Source of the DNA: Acutalibacteraceae bacterium
GTDB taxonomy: Bacteria > Bacillota > Clostridia > Oscillospirales > Acutalibacteraceae
Reading direction: 5' to 3'
Length of the DNA: 64,000 nt
Assembly: GCA_045533205.1 (NCBI GenBank)
Contig: JAZSHL010000047.1
Span: forward strand, 39,027 to 103,026
Of the stretch, positions 51,275 to 61,468 are shown piece after piece (position 1 is the stretch's first letter; the number at the start of each line of letters is the position of its first letter). The notes beneath the pieces were generated by a model, which was given only the letters and a program-made list of their open reading frames with translations, was not told where the DNA came from and made no database searches. The translations under genes and the position numbers were made by a program.

Positions 51275-52945
51275 TTATTTTTCACTTGCAAAATCAATCA
51301 GCTCCACAGCTGACTGCATGGTAGATTCAGTAAGCACATCACCACCGATAATCCTTGCTATTTCCTTAACACGGTCATTATAAGAAAGAGCAGAAATTTC
51401 GGTATAGGTTTCACTGCCTGTTGTTGTCTTTTCAATGTAAAAATGATGGTCTGCATAGGCTGCAATCTGTGCAAGATGTGTAACACAGATAATCTGTTTT
51501 TTATGTGAAAGCATCTTCATCTTGTCTGCTATTTTATGTGCAGCTCTGCCGCTGACGCCTGTATCAATTTCGTCAAAAATCATTGTTCCGAGTTCATCGG
51601 TATCTGTCAGTACGCATCTTATTGCAAGCATAACTCTTGACAGCTCACCACCCGAAGCAATTTTGTGAAGCGGCTTTGGCTCCTGACCTGCATTGGCAGA
51701 AAATAAAAATTCAACCTCATCCATGCCGTTTTCCATTGCATTGACATCCTTGAAATCAACAACGAAGTCAGCAGAGGGCATATCAAGATAAATAAGCTCT
51801 TGCTTTATCAGCTTTTCAAGCTGAGCAGCAGCATTTTTTCTGCAATCAGAAAGATAACAGCCTCTCTTGAACAGCTCATCTTCAAGCTCACTGATTTCTG
51901 TCATCAGCTTTTCAGCTAGTTCATCACTCATGACAATACTTTCATATTCCTCAGTGATTTTCTCGAGATATTCAAGAATCTCTTCTTCGGTGTTGCCGTA
52001 TTTTCTTGATAATTTATAAATAAGATCAAGCCGTTCCTCGATTGAATTAATGTCTGAATAGCCGTCATCACCCTCTGACAAAGCAGAGTTCACGGCTCTG
52101 CTGCATTCGTCAAGAACATATGTCATGTCGTTCAGTGAAGCTGTATATTCATCAAATCTATTGTCGTATTCACCGACAGCAGACAAACACTTTATAAGAC
52201 TGTAAAGAGATGATGATATTCCTGTGCTTTCGCCGTCACCGTCGATAATAGCAGAGGCAGCGGCCAGATTTTTCATAATCTTTTCGATGGCATCAATCTT
52301 TTTCTTCTGCTTAAGAAGCTCTTCTTTTTCACCGACCTTTATATCTGCTGCTGTTATTTCATCAATCTGATATTTCAGAAACTCGAGCTTTCGCTCTTTA
52401 TCATCCTCATTCTGAAGAAGCCTTCTGAGCTCCTTATTTGATTTCTTCAGCTTTGAATAGGTTTCTCTGTAATCCTCGAGAAGTTCATAGGAATCAGAAT
52501 AAGTGTCGATAAATGAAATATGACTGTCTTTTTGCAGAAGGAACTGACTGTCATGCTGCCCGCATATGCTTATCAGCTTTCTGCCGATTTCTTTAAGCAT
52601 AGACACGGTAACGGGGCTGCCGTTGATTTTGCAGCTTCCTCTGCCGTCGGCAGATATGATTCTTGTTACAAGTGCACATCCGTCATCACAATCAATGTCG
52701 TAGTTTTCAAGATCTGTTATCAATGAGTCGGGAACATTTTCAAAAAGCGCCGTAACCTTAGCTTTTTCACAGCCCGTTCGAATGATATCCTTGGATGTTC
52801 TCTCGCCGAGAATAGCATTGATGGCGTCGATTACAATTGATTTACCGGCTCCGGTTTCACCCGTCAGTATGTTAAGACCGTTATCAAAAAGGATTTCGGC
52901 ACGCTCGATAACAGCCACATTTTCAATTTTTAAGCTAGTAAGCAT
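51275..52945 (-). CDS. recN: DNA repair protein RecN.
   Basis: Walker A GETGAGKS, a long coiled coil, and a C-terminal ASGGELSR signature. Confidence 0.9.
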   Translation of the reverse strand: MLTSLKIENVAVIERAEILFDNGLNILTGETGAGKSIVIDAINAILGERTSKDIIRTGCEKAKVTALFENVPDSLITDLENYDIDCDDGCALVTRIISADGRGSCKINGSPVTVSMLKEIGRKLISICGQHDSQFLLQKDSHISFIDTYSDSYELLEDYRETYSKLKKSNKELRRLLQNEDDKERKLEFLKYQIDEITAADIKVGEKEELLKQKKKIDAIEKIMKNLAAASAIIDGDGESTGISSSLYSLIKCLSAVGEYDNRFDEYTASLNDMTYVLDECSRAVNSALSEGDDGYSDINSIEERLDLIYKLSRKYGNTEEEILEYLEKITEEYESIVMSDELAEKLMTEISELEDELFKRGCYLSDCRKNAAAQLEKLIKQELIYLDMPSADFVVDFKDVNAMENGMDEVEFLFSANAGQEPKPLHKIASGGELSRVMLAIRCVLTDTDELGTMIFDEIDTGVSGRAAHKIADKMKMLSHKKQIICVTHLAQIAAYADHHFYIEKTTTGSETYTEISALSYNDRVKEIARIIGGDVLTESTMQSAVELIDFASEK

Positions 52946-52971
52946 TTGCCGTATTCCTTTCGGTTTTTACT

Positions 52972-53427
52972 TTAGTTTTCTTTTGCGATGCTGTCGACAT
53001 AGTTTTTGAAGCTTTCAGCACTCTCGGCATCTTTGCAGAGCACAAAGATGGTGTCATCCCCTGCAAGTGTACCGATAACATTGCTGATTTCAAGGTTATC
53101 AATAGCAGCACATGCAGCCTGTGCCATACCTGCAAAGCATTTGACAACAACCATGTTGCCGGCAAAATTAACGCTTGTAACGGAATGAGCCACGATTGAA
53201 TAATATTTGACAGAAAGATCTTCGGAATCGTTCTGAACGCATGAATACTTATACTGACCGCTTCTGACAGGTGTTTTGACAAGCTTCATGCTTTTGATAT
53301 CTCTTGAAACAGTTGCCTGTGTAACCTTATATCCAAGCTCATTAAGCTTGAGCATAAGCTCTTCCTGGGTGCCGATATCCTCTTTTTCAATAAGAGAAAG
53401 TATGGCTTCATGTCTGTTTTTCTTCAT
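52972..53427 (-). CDS. argR: Arginine repressor.
   Basis: N-terminal winged helix (TQEELMLKLNELGYKVTQATVSRDIK) and C-terminal GTLAGDDTIF. Confidence 0.85.
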   Translation of the reverse strand: MKKNRHEAILSLIEKEDIGTQEELMLKLNELGYKVTQATVSRDIKSMKLVKTPVRSGQYKYSCVQNDSEDLSVKYYSIVAHSVTSVNFAGNMVVVKCFAGMAQAACAAIDNLEISNVIGTLAGDDTIFVLCKDAESAESFKNYVDSIAKEN

Positions 53428-53438
53428 TTTTACTCTCC

Positions 53439-54302
53439 TTAAACTTGTCCGTATCTTTCGATAAGCTTGTATGAAAGAATATCTGAAAAGCTATCGGACT
53501 TAATTCTGATGATTTTTGTATATCTTTGTGACCTTGTCACAGTTATAACACTATCAGCGGTCATCGGAATACCGTCCTGACCGTCACAGCTGAAAACAGG
53601 GTTGCTGTTTTCAGGATTTTTAACATAAAGGCTGATTTCGCTCTCAGGCTTGAACACCATTGATCTTGAGAAAAGTGAATGGTTGCATACAGGCGTCAGA
53701 ATCATACTTTCGATATCTGTGTCAACAACCGGTCCTCCTGCAGAAAGTGAATATGCAGTCGAGCCTGTAGGCGTTGCCACAATCAGACCGTCAGCAAGAT
53801 AATCGAAAATCAATTTTCCTTTGTTTTCAGCGGCAATTTCACAAAGTCTGAAGCTGATACCTCTTGCGATAACAATATCATTTAGGCAGGAATATTTATT
53901 GACAAGAGTGCCTGCTTCATAGTGCCTGACATCGAGCATCATTCTGTTATCGATTGTATAATCGCCGGTGATTAGTTTTTCAAGCAGATGAAGCTCTTGC
54001 TTTTCAAGGCCTGCAAGAAAGCCGAGTCTGCCGGCATTGATGCCTAAAATGGGCTTGTCAAATTCGCAGGCATCGTGAGCAGAATGGATTATCGTTCCGT
54101 CACCGCCGATTGAAATGAGAATGTCACATTTTTTTACAGACTCTTTTTCATCGATGAATTCTACATAATCCAGCTTAAATGAACCTTTTAATTCATTGGG
54201 CATCAGTATTCTGACATTGAGTCTTTTAAGCTCCAGACAAACATCAAGCGCAACCTGACTTGCATTTTCTCTTGTTATGTTAACATGGACGGCAACCGTC
54301 AT
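53439..54302 (-). CDS. nadK: NAD kinase.
   Basis: GGDGT motif and TPTGSTAYSLSAGGP. Confidence 0.85.
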   Translation of the reverse strand: MTVAVHVNITRENASQVALDVCLELKRLNVRILMPNELKGSFKLDYVEFIDEKESVKKCDILISIGGDGTIIHSAHDACEFDKPILGINAGRLGFLAGLEKQELHLLEKLITGDYTIDNRMMLDVRHYEAGTLVNKYSCLNDIVIARGISFRLCEIAAENKGKLIFDYLADGLIVATPTGSTAYSLSAGGPVVDTDIESMILTPVCNHSLFSRSMVFKPESEISLYVKNPENSNPVFSCDGQDGIPMTADSVITVTRSQRYTKIIRIKSDSFSDILSYKLIERYGQV

Positions 54303-55120
54303 TAATTTTCACTCCCGTTCAGTGATTCGTGGGAAGAAACAACAATTTCTTCAACAGATTTTTCAAGATAGGACACAGGTTCATCATTTTTTTCAATGAA
54401 AATCAGATACTCGATGTTTCCCTGAGGCCCCTTGATGGGTGAAAAATCAAGGTTAAGAACTGAAAAACCGTTTTGGAGAACATAATCATATATGCCTTTT
54501 ACAACCTCAAAGTGAGTTGAAAGCTCTCTGACAACACCGTTTTTGCCAACCTTTTCTCTGCCTGCTTCAAACTGAGGCTTGATAAGGCAGACCGCACGGC
54601 CTTGATTTTTCATAAGATTTCTCATAACAGGGATAATGAGCTTTAATGAAATAAAAGACACATCAACACTGGCAAAGTCTATTTCTTCAGGAATCTGTTC
54701 ATTGGTAACGTAACGGAAGTTTGTTCTCTCCATGTTGACAACACGGCTGTCATTGCGAAGTTTCCATGCCAGCTGACCGTAGCCGACATCAATGGAAAAA
54801 ACCTTGACAGCTCCGTTTTTCAGCATACAGTCAGTGAAGCCACCTGTAGATGCACCGATATCCATACAGACACATCCACCAAGGGATAAGCCGAATTCCT
54901 TCACTGCCTTTTCAAGCTTATAGCCTCCCCTGCTGACATAAGGCATTTTTTCGCCACGCAGCTCAAGGCAGTCCTCAGCTTTGACTGACAGTCCCGCTTT
55001 GGTCTGTTTTGTTCCGTTAACATAGACAAGTCCCGCCATGATAAGCGCTTTTGCCTTTTCTCTGCTGTCGACAAAGCCTCTTTCATGCAAGGCTACATCA
55101 AGTCTGATTTTTTCTGCCAA
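54302..55120 (-). CDS. tlyA: TlyA-family rRNA 2'-O-methyltransferase.
   Basis: S4 domain, DIGASTGGFTD SAM motif, and synteny after dxs. Confidence 0.8.
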   Translation of the reverse strand: MAEKIRLDVALHERGFVDSREKAKALIMAGLVYVNGTKQTKAGLSVKAEDCLELRGEKMPYVSRGGYKLEKAVKEFGLSLGGCVCMDIGASTGGFTDCMLKNGAVKVFSIDVGYGQLAWKLRNDSRVVNMERTNFRYVTNEQIPEEIDFASVDVSFISLKLIIPVMRNLMKNQGRAVCLIKPQFEAGREKVGKNGVVRELSTHFEVVKGIYDYVLQNGFSVLNLDFSPIKGPQGNIEYLIFIEKNDEPVSYLEKSVEEIVVSSHESLNGSEN

Positions 55121-56974
55121 TTATATTTCCTCGCTTACTTTTTCTATAATTCTTTCCTTTGTAAGGCCGTATTTGTCGAGAAGCTGTGCTACGCTTGCCT
55201 GCTCAACAAATTTATCGTCAATTGCTGTCAGATGGTATTCACCCTTATATCCGCCGAGAATGAGCGCTGAAGCGAGCTTTTCACCTACTCCGCCGCTTTG
55301 CATGCCCTCTTCAAAGAACCAGATTTTCTTCTTGCTAAGAAGAATTTTCACAGCATCGTCAGGCAAGGGCTTGATCTGATTAATTGATAAAAGCGAAACA
55401 CTTATGCCTTTATTATTGAGACTATCAACAGCTTCAATAGCCTCACTTGTAATTCTGCCGTATGTTACAATCACGTTGTCACATTCATTGCCGTAAACAG
55501 CATATTCAATTGTGTCATAGCGAAGCTTTGATACGCAATCGGCAGGTCTGCCTCTCGGGTATCTGACAGCAACGGAATATTCATCAGCATAAAGTGCATT
55601 GTTGATGTCGGCACACAATGAACGGTAACAACAGGGTGAATATATTTTAAGATCAGGCACTGTGTTAAGAAAAGCAACATCAAGAATACCGTGATGTGTT
55701 TCTCCGTCCTCACCGACAAAGCCTGCTCTGTCAATTGCGAAAATAATTTTCAGCTTCTGCAGTGAGATGTCATGAATAATCTGGTCGTAGCAGCGCTGAA
55801 GGAATGTTGAATAAACAGCATATATGGGCTTCATTCCGTTTTTTGCAAGACCCGATGCAAAGGTTACTGCATGCTCCTCAGCAATACCGACATCAAAAAA
55901 TCTGTAAGGATACAGACTGCTGAATTTTCCGAGTCCGGTGCCCATTTTCATCGCAGCGGTGATACCGCAGATGGTGTCATCCTTCTGTGCGTGCTCGCAA
56001 AGATATTCACCGAACTTTTCAGAATAAGAGTCAGCACCGGATACAGGCTCGCCCGTATCAACATCAAACTTTGAAATTCCGTGGAACACACTCGGTGATT
56101 TCTCGGCATGCTCATAGCCCTTGCCCTTAACAGTTAACACATGAAGAAGGACAGGTCCGTTGATTTTTTTTGCACTTTCAAAAGCCTTGCAAAGCTGCCC
56201 GATATCATGTCCGTCTATCGGACCTATATATCTGTAGCCAAGGTCCTCAAAAAATGTACTTTGAGAGTACACCTTATTTTTTATGTCTGTTTTGACTTTA
56301 TACAGCTCGGAGGCAATTCTTTTACCGTGTGGGATTTTTCCGAGAGCCTTTTCTGTACCCTCTTTGAAGGATAAATAACTCGGTCTTACCCTGATTTCAG
56401 CAAGATATTTTGCAAAAGAGCCTACATTTTCCGATATTGACATCTTATTGTCATTCAGAACAATAATCTGCTTTGCTCTGCTTCTGCCGCCGTTGTTGAG
56501 GGCCTCATAAACCATTCCGCCGGTAAATGAGCCGTCGCCTATAACAGACACAACATAACCGTCATCAGATTTAAGAATTTTTGAAGCAGCAAGACCAAGA
56601 CCTGCCGAAACAGAAGTACCGCTGTGCCCTGAATAAAAAATATCGTGCTCGCTTTCACCGGGTCTGCAGAAGCCGGAGATACCGTCTTTTGTTCTCAGAG
56701 TGTGGAAACTGTCAAACCTTCCCGTCAGAAGCTTGTGGGTGTAGCATTGATGCCCGACGTCGAAAACAAACTGATCCTTCGGTGAATTGAAGGACTTGTG
56801 CATTGCAACTGTCAGCTCTACCACACCGAGATTGGATGCAAGATGTCCGCCGTTGTTTGAAACTGTTTCTATAATCTTCACTCTGATTTCTTCGCAAAGA
56901 GCACTGAGTGTCTGACAGTCCATTTCTTTTATATCTGAAGGAGCTTTTATTTTTGAAAGAATTTTGTAATTCAT
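55121..56974 (-). CDS. dxs: 1-deoxy-D-xylulose-5-phosphate synthase.
   Basis: GHSGTSVSAGLG, the IGDGSFTGGM TPP motif, and 617 aa. Confidence 0.9.
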   Translation of the reverse strand: MNYKILSKIKAPSDIKEMDCQTLSALCEEIRVKIIETVSNNGGHLASNLGVVELTVAMHKSFNSPKDQFVFDVGHQCYTHKLLTGRFDSFHTLRTKDGISGFCRPGESEHDIFYSGHSGTSVSAGLGLAASKILKSDDGYVVSVIGDGSFTGGMVYEALNNGGRSRAKQIIVLNDNKMSISENVGSFAKYLAEIRVRPSYLSFKEGTEKALGKIPHGKRIASELYKVKTDIKNKVYSQSTFFEDLGYRYIGPIDGHDIGQLCKAFESAKKINGPVLLHVLTVKGKGYEHAEKSPSVFHGISKFDVDTGEPVSGADSYSEKFGEYLCEHAQKDDTICGITAAMKMGTGLGKFSSLYPYRFFDVGIAEEHAVTFASGLAKNGMKPIYAVYSTFLQRCYDQIIHDISLQKLKIIFAIDRAGFVGEDGETHHGILDVAFLNTVPDLKIYSPCCYRSLCADINNALYADEYSVAVRYPRGRPADCVSKLRYDTIEYAVYGNECDNVIVTYGRITSEAIEAVDSLNNKGISVSLLSINQIKPLPDDAVKILLSKKKIWFFEEGMQSGGVGEKLASALILGGYKGEYHLTAIDDKFVEQASVAQLLDKYGLTKERIIEKVSEEI

Positions 56975-56986
56975 AAAACCATCTCT

Positions 56987-57874
56987 TTAATTCTGTCGTT
57001 TTATCAGACTGAAGGCAAGTGATTTGAGAAATTCACCTTCAGCGCCGAAAATCTCAAGAGCATCAATAGCCTCATTCGTCAGATTTTCAGCATATTCCTT
57101 TGATTTTTCGAGTCCGAGAAGAGTAACATAGGTTGATTTGCCACTTTCCTTGTCACTGCCGATAGGCTTGCCTAAGAGCTTTTCATCACCAATAACATCA
57201 AGAATATCATCAATGATCTGAAAAGCATGACCGATACGGCTTGAATATATTTCAGCGTGCTTCATTTTTTCTTCGTCAGCGCCGGCGCAAAGGGCGCCGA
57301 GATATGCAGCACACCTGATTAACGCACCTGTTTTAAGTGAATCCATTGTCTGCAGCGTATCAAGATCGGCATTTCTTTCTTCGTTGATTAAATCAACAAC
57401 CTGACCGCCAATCATACCGTTAACACCGGAAAGTGCTGAAAGTGCACTGATTGCTTTGATGGCACTTGCAGGATTTTCTTTGGCGAAATCAGAGTCGGCA
57501 ACAGTTCCGAACGCAAGGGTAAGAAGTCCGTCACCTGCAAGAAGAGCATATTCCTCGCCGAATTTAATGTGACATGAGGGAAGTCCGCGGCGCATATCAT
57601 CATCATCCATGCAGGGAAGATCATCATGTATAAGTGAATATGTGTGAATCATTTCAAGCGCAACGGCAAGAGGCAGAGCTTTTTTAACATCTCCGCCGCA
57701 AATTCTGCAAAATTCAAGAACAAGAACAGGCCTGATTCTTTTGCCGCCGATTGAAAGGCTGTATTTCATTGCATCATGAACAACCCTTTCACCGAAATTG
57801 CACTCGGGTATAAAAGAGTCGAGAGAATCATTTATAAGCTTGAAATATTCATCCATTGTGTATTTATTGTTCAT
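56987..57874 (-). CDS. ispA: Farnesyl/geranyl diphosphate synthase.
   Basis: DDLPCMDDDDMRRG and IIDDILD Asp-rich motifs. The ATG at 57874 overlaps the xseB stop. Confidence 0.8.
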   Translation of the reverse strand: MNNKYTMDEYFKLINDSLDSFIPECNFGERVVHDAMKYSLSIGGKRIRPVLVLEFCRICGGDVKKALPLAVALEMIHTYSLIHDDLPCMDDDDMRRGLPSCHIKFGEEYALLAGDGLLTLAFGTVADSDFAKENPASAIKAISALSALSGVNGMIGGQVVDLINEERNADLDTLQTMDSLKTGALIRCAAYLGALCAGADEEKMKHAEIYSSRIGHAFQIIDDILDVIGDEKLLGKPIGSDKESGKSTYVTLLGLEKSKEYAENLTNEAIDALEIFGAEGEFLKSLAFSLIKRQN

Positions 57875-58076
57875 CTTCATCATCTCCGGCTGATAATTCA
57901 GAAAGCTCAGCGAGCCTTTCCTTTGTTGCTGAAAGAGTTTTATTGCAAAAAGCGACAATTTTGACGCCTTCTTCATAAAGCTTCATTGACATTTCAAGAT
58001 CATATTCACCGCTCTCGAGAGCCTCTGAAATTTCTTTAAGTCTTATCATTGCTGTATCAAGTGTATATATTTCCAT
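57864..58076 (-). CDS. xseB: Exodeoxyribonuclease VII small subunit.
   Basis: 70-aa helical protein following xseA. ATG at 58076 after AAAGGAAA. Confidence 0.8.
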   Translation of the reverse strand: MEIYTLDTAMIRLKEISEALESGEYDLEMSMKLYEEGVKIVAFCNKTLSATKERLAELSELSAGDDEDEQ

Positions 58077-58100
58077 ATGTTTTCCTTTCATGTATCTTTA

Positions 58101-59315
58101 TCATTCGGCACTGTCAGCTTCGATTGAGTTAACTGTGCAATAAAGCTCACCGTCATTCATTATAACTTTAATTTTATCGTCAGAAGTAAGCTGTCCGACT
58201 GACCTTACGGGCATAGAAAGGTCATTTTCAACAATTGCATAGCCTCTTGACAAAACCTTTAACGGACTTGTGTTTTCGAGAACAGAAGCATAATGAGCCA
58301 GAGCATTGCTATAAAAGTCGAGCTTTTTTTCCATAGTAGTTCGCAGCTTTAATTCGCAAGCATCAACACATTGTCCGTAAAGGGCGATTGTGTTGGCGGG
58401 ATTGTTGTCAGAAAGGCATTTTTCGAAAGATAAAACCCTGTTCTCATATGTATTGATTCTGCGCATAACACAGTCATATGCCGAATCAAGAATTTTGTCA
58501 GCCATATAAAGCACTTCTCTGTAGTCGGGAGCTGCGAGCTCTGCTGCGGCAGAGGGAGTAGGTGCTCTTAAATCAGAAACATAATCAGCAATCGTGAAAT
58601 CAGTTTCATGACCTACAGCTGATATAACAGGTATTTCACTGTTAAATATTGCTCTTGCAACTATTTCTTCATTAAAGGCCCAGAGGTCCTCTATAGAGCC
58701 TCCGCCTCTTCCGACAATAAGCACATCGGCCGCCTTTTTTTTATTGAATTCGTATATTGCATCAGATATCTGCCTTGCAGCGTTTTCGCCCTGCACCTGA
58801 ACAGGCGCTAAAACAATCTGACCTGACGGATAACGTCTTGACAGAACATTGATAATATCCTGTAAAGCGGCGCCGGTGGGTGAAGTCACAACACCGATAA
58901 CAGACGGATATTCAGGCAGTGCCTTTTTATGCTCGTCAGAAAACAGGCCTTCGTCAGAAAGCTTTTTCTTCAGCTGCTCAAAAGCAACCGTCAGCTCCCC
59001 TATTCCGTCAGGCTGCATATCCTCGCAGTAAAGCTGATAAATTCCGTCACGCTCATAAACGGATATATTACAGCGGACAAGAACCTTCATTCCGTTTTCA
59101 GGCATGAATCTGATTCTCGAAGCGTTGGATCTGAACATAACGGCTTTGATTGCTGAGTTTTCATCCTTCAACGTGAAATAAAAATGCCCTGTTCTGTAAT
59201 GGTTTGTGAAATTTGAAATCTCACCGCAGATATATACATTTTTAAGTTTGTAATCTGAATCTACGATTGATTTGATGTAAGTATTGACTTGAGAAACCGT
59301 TAATATTGATGACAT
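58101..59315 (-). CDS. xseA: Exodeoxyribonuclease VII large subunit.
   Basis: N-terminal OB fold and the GRGGGSIEDLWAFNEE motif. Confidence 0.9.
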   Translation of the reverse strand: MSSILTVSQVNTYIKSIVDSDYKLKNVYICGEISNFTNHYRTGHFYFTLKDENSAIKAVMFRSNASRIRFMPENGMKVLVRCNISVYERDGIYQLYCEDMQPDGIGELTVAFEQLKKKLSDEGLFSDEHKKALPEYPSVIGVVTSPTGAALQDIINVLSRRYPSGQIVLAPVQVQGENAARQISDAIYEFNKKKAADVLIVGRGGGSIEDLWAFNEEIVARAIFNSEIPVISAVGHETDFTIADYVSDLRAPTPSAAAELAAPDYREVLYMADKILDSAYDCVMRRINTYENRVLSFEKCLSDNNPANTIALYGQCVDACELKLRTTMEKKLDFYSNALAHYASVLENTSPLKVLSRGYAIVENDLSMPVRSVGQLTSDDKIKVIMNDGELYCTVNSIEADSAE

Positions 59316-59383
59316 CTAAATTTATAACTCCTTAAAAGGGAAATAACGACAGACAGGAGCATGCCGAAATCAGCTGCTCCGTA

Positions 59384-59785
59384 TTATTTATTATTTTTCT
59401 TTGCAACAGAGCCGAGAACACCGTTAACATACGAAGCATCCTCAGCAGAGCCGTACTTTTTAGCAATTTCAACAGCTTCGTTTATCGCAACACCGACAGG
59501 CATATCCTCGCTGAAAAGAAGCTCACACACGGCAAGTCTTAAAACAGCTCTTGAAACACGTGAAATTCTCTTCGCACTCCAGCCGACAAGATTATCATTG
59601 ATTTCGCTGTCAATCTTTTCAAGATTTTCATATGTTTTTCTTGCAAGATTTTCTGCAAACGAGTTTTCAGGAAAAAGCTCAAGCTCCAATGCGTTTTCGA
59701 TAAGCTCGATTATTGTTACATCCTCCTGAAAATCCTTTTCAAAAATCAGAATAAAAGCAAGTTCTCTTGATTCGTGTCTTGTCAT
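59384..59785 (-). CDS. nusB: Transcription antitermination factor NusB.
   Basis: MTRHESRELAFILIFE...AINEAVEIAKKYG pattern and synteny. Confidence 0.85.
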   Translation of the reverse strand: MTRHESRELAFILIFEKDFQEDVTIIELIENALELELFPENSFAENLARKTYENLEKIDSEINDNLVGWSAKRISRVSRAVLRLAVCELLFSEDMPVGVAINEAVEIAKKYGSAEDASYVNGVLGSVAKKNNK

Positions 59786-59884
59786 GGTTATTTTCCTTCC
59801 TGCACCGATAACATGAAAATTGCATAGTTATCGATTTTATTTATACATTCATGTATATTATAGCACAAATTTTAAATCCTACAA

Positions 59885-60457
59885 CTATTTTGTTTCAATA
59901 ATTGTTAAATTTTCTGCAGAAATATTCGTATTTTTTTCAATAATTTCGGTAATTTGCAGAATTATTGCTTCATTCAGTGTATTTTTTTTCAAAATTACTT
60001 GACAATTACCGTCATTGATAATTACCAAGCATTCACAACCGATCTTTGCTGTTATCAGATTTTCACAGTCAGCCTGGCTTTTTATTATGCTCTGATATTC
60101 ATTAAATAGATTTTGTATTTTGTTTTTATCGTCATCATTCAGACTATCTTTTTTCAGCAGTTCATCGATATATTCCTCAATTTTATCGTTTGATTTTTCT
60201 TTATTCAGCTTTGCCTGGGAAAAATATTTTTCTTCATCGCTCTTTTCGTTATTTGTCTGACTGTCATTGTTTACATCGGCAACAGTGCCGGCAACAAGCA
60301 TAGAGTCACCGAGGCTACCGCTTACAGAATCAGAATAGTCTGTAGTGTACTCATCTGAAACCGGATTCTGATTTGTGTAATACCAATTGACTGCAACTGC
60401 GGTGCCCAGTGCAATCACAAGTGTTGCTGTCAATAACTGTCGTTTTTTTAATATCAT
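59885..60457 (-). CDS. spoIIIAH: Stage III sporulation protein AH.
   Basis: N-terminal anchor KKRQLLTATLVIALGTAVAVNWY. It is the last gene of the spoIIIA operon. Confidence 0.7.
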   Translation of the reverse strand: MILKKRQLLTATLVIALGTAVAVNWYYTNQNPVSDEYTTDYSDSVSGSLGDSMLVAGTVADVNNDSQTNNEKSDEEKYFSQAKLNKEKSNDKIEEYIDELLKKDSLNDDDKNKIQNLFNEYQSIIKSQADCENLITAKIGCECLVIINDGNCQVILKKNTLNEAIILQITEIIEKNTNISAENLTIIETK

Positions 60458-60472
60458 AACGCTTCTCTCCTT

Positions 60473-61009
60473 TTACGCCATAACGGTTACACTGATACTG
60501 TTCGTGTTTATATCAAACAATGCAGAAATCAAGGAATATATTCTTTCTCTGACAACAGGATCTTCCCCTCCCTCGCATATAACAGCAACACCCATTACCT
60601 TCGGATAAATGCTTTTAACCTTAAGTCCCGTTTCTCCTGTGTCGCCATCGATTATTATGTGCTTATTCTTTACATCTGTTTCATCTGTGTCGCTCTTTTG
60701 CTCTGTATCCTTTGCAAACACCGTTTCACTGTCGCACTCATATGTAATCATGATTTTTGCTCTGCCGGCTCCCTTTATGCTTTCAATCATCTGCACGACT
60801 GATTTCTCTGTTTCGGCCTTATCTGCAAATTCAGTGTAAGGCACTGCTGCATCAGAAGCATCGCTTTTGCTTGTACCGCTTCCTGAAAAAAGAATTAGAA
60901 TTATTCCGATTGCAGCCATAAGAATAATCATCAGTGTTTTTTTATCCTCTTTTAATTTTTCTGCAAGAGTTCTTATTTTTTCTGTAATCATATCTGAGTC
61001 AATCTTCAT
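60473..61009 (-). CDS. spoIIIAG: Stage III sporulation protein AG.
   Basis: One TM helix plus a C-terminal ring-forming-like domain (VAVICEGG), and its operon position. Confidence 0.7.
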   Translation of the reverse strand: MKIDSDMITEKIRTLAEKLKEDKKTLMIILMAAIGIILILFSGSGTSKSDASDAAVPYTEFADKAETEKSVVQMIESIKGAGRAKIMITYECDSETVFAKDTEQKSDTDETDVKNKHIIIDGDTGETGLKVKSIYPKVMGVAVICEGGEDPVVRERIYSLISALFDINTNSISVTVMA

Positions 61010-61012
61010 ACC

Positions 61013-61468
61013 TCACCCCGAAAAATCTATAATGATATCCTGACCGTATCTCTTTTTCAGAAGACGGACAACCGTATTGCGCTCTTTATCACTGATACAA
61101 TCAAAAATGATAATTTTTTTAGTTATTGTATCACCATCTAATTCCAGCTCTGCTGTCAACGAAATATTCATGCCGTTTTCCGAAAGAAGATCAGAGGCTT
61201 CCTGCTTTAACATCTGCTCTGACTTGCTTAGAATGAACATTTCATGATATGGTTCTGTTTCTTGTCTGTCTGACTTTTCACCGAGCTTGAAATCAATGTT
61301 CTTGTAATCGAAGCCTGAAAAAAATGTCACTGCAGTGTATATCAATATTATAGCTGTTACAGCCTTGAAGCTGTTTTTCAGCCGGCTTTCAGGCATCAGA
61401 GCTAAAATCACACCACTGACAACAGAAACCACGCATATGCTGCTGCACACTGTTTTAACCTCTGTCAC
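61013..61468 (-). CDS. spoIIIAF: Stage III sporulation protein AF.
   Basis: Two N-terminal TM helices and its operon position. Confidence 0.65.
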   Translation of the reverse strand: MTEVKTVCSSICVVSVVSGVILALMPESRLKNSFKAVTAIILIYTAVTFFSGFDYKNIDFKLGEKSDRQETEPYHEMFILSKSEQMLKQEASDLLSENGMNISLTAELELDGDTITKKIIIFDCISDKERNTVVRLLKKRYGQDIIIDFSG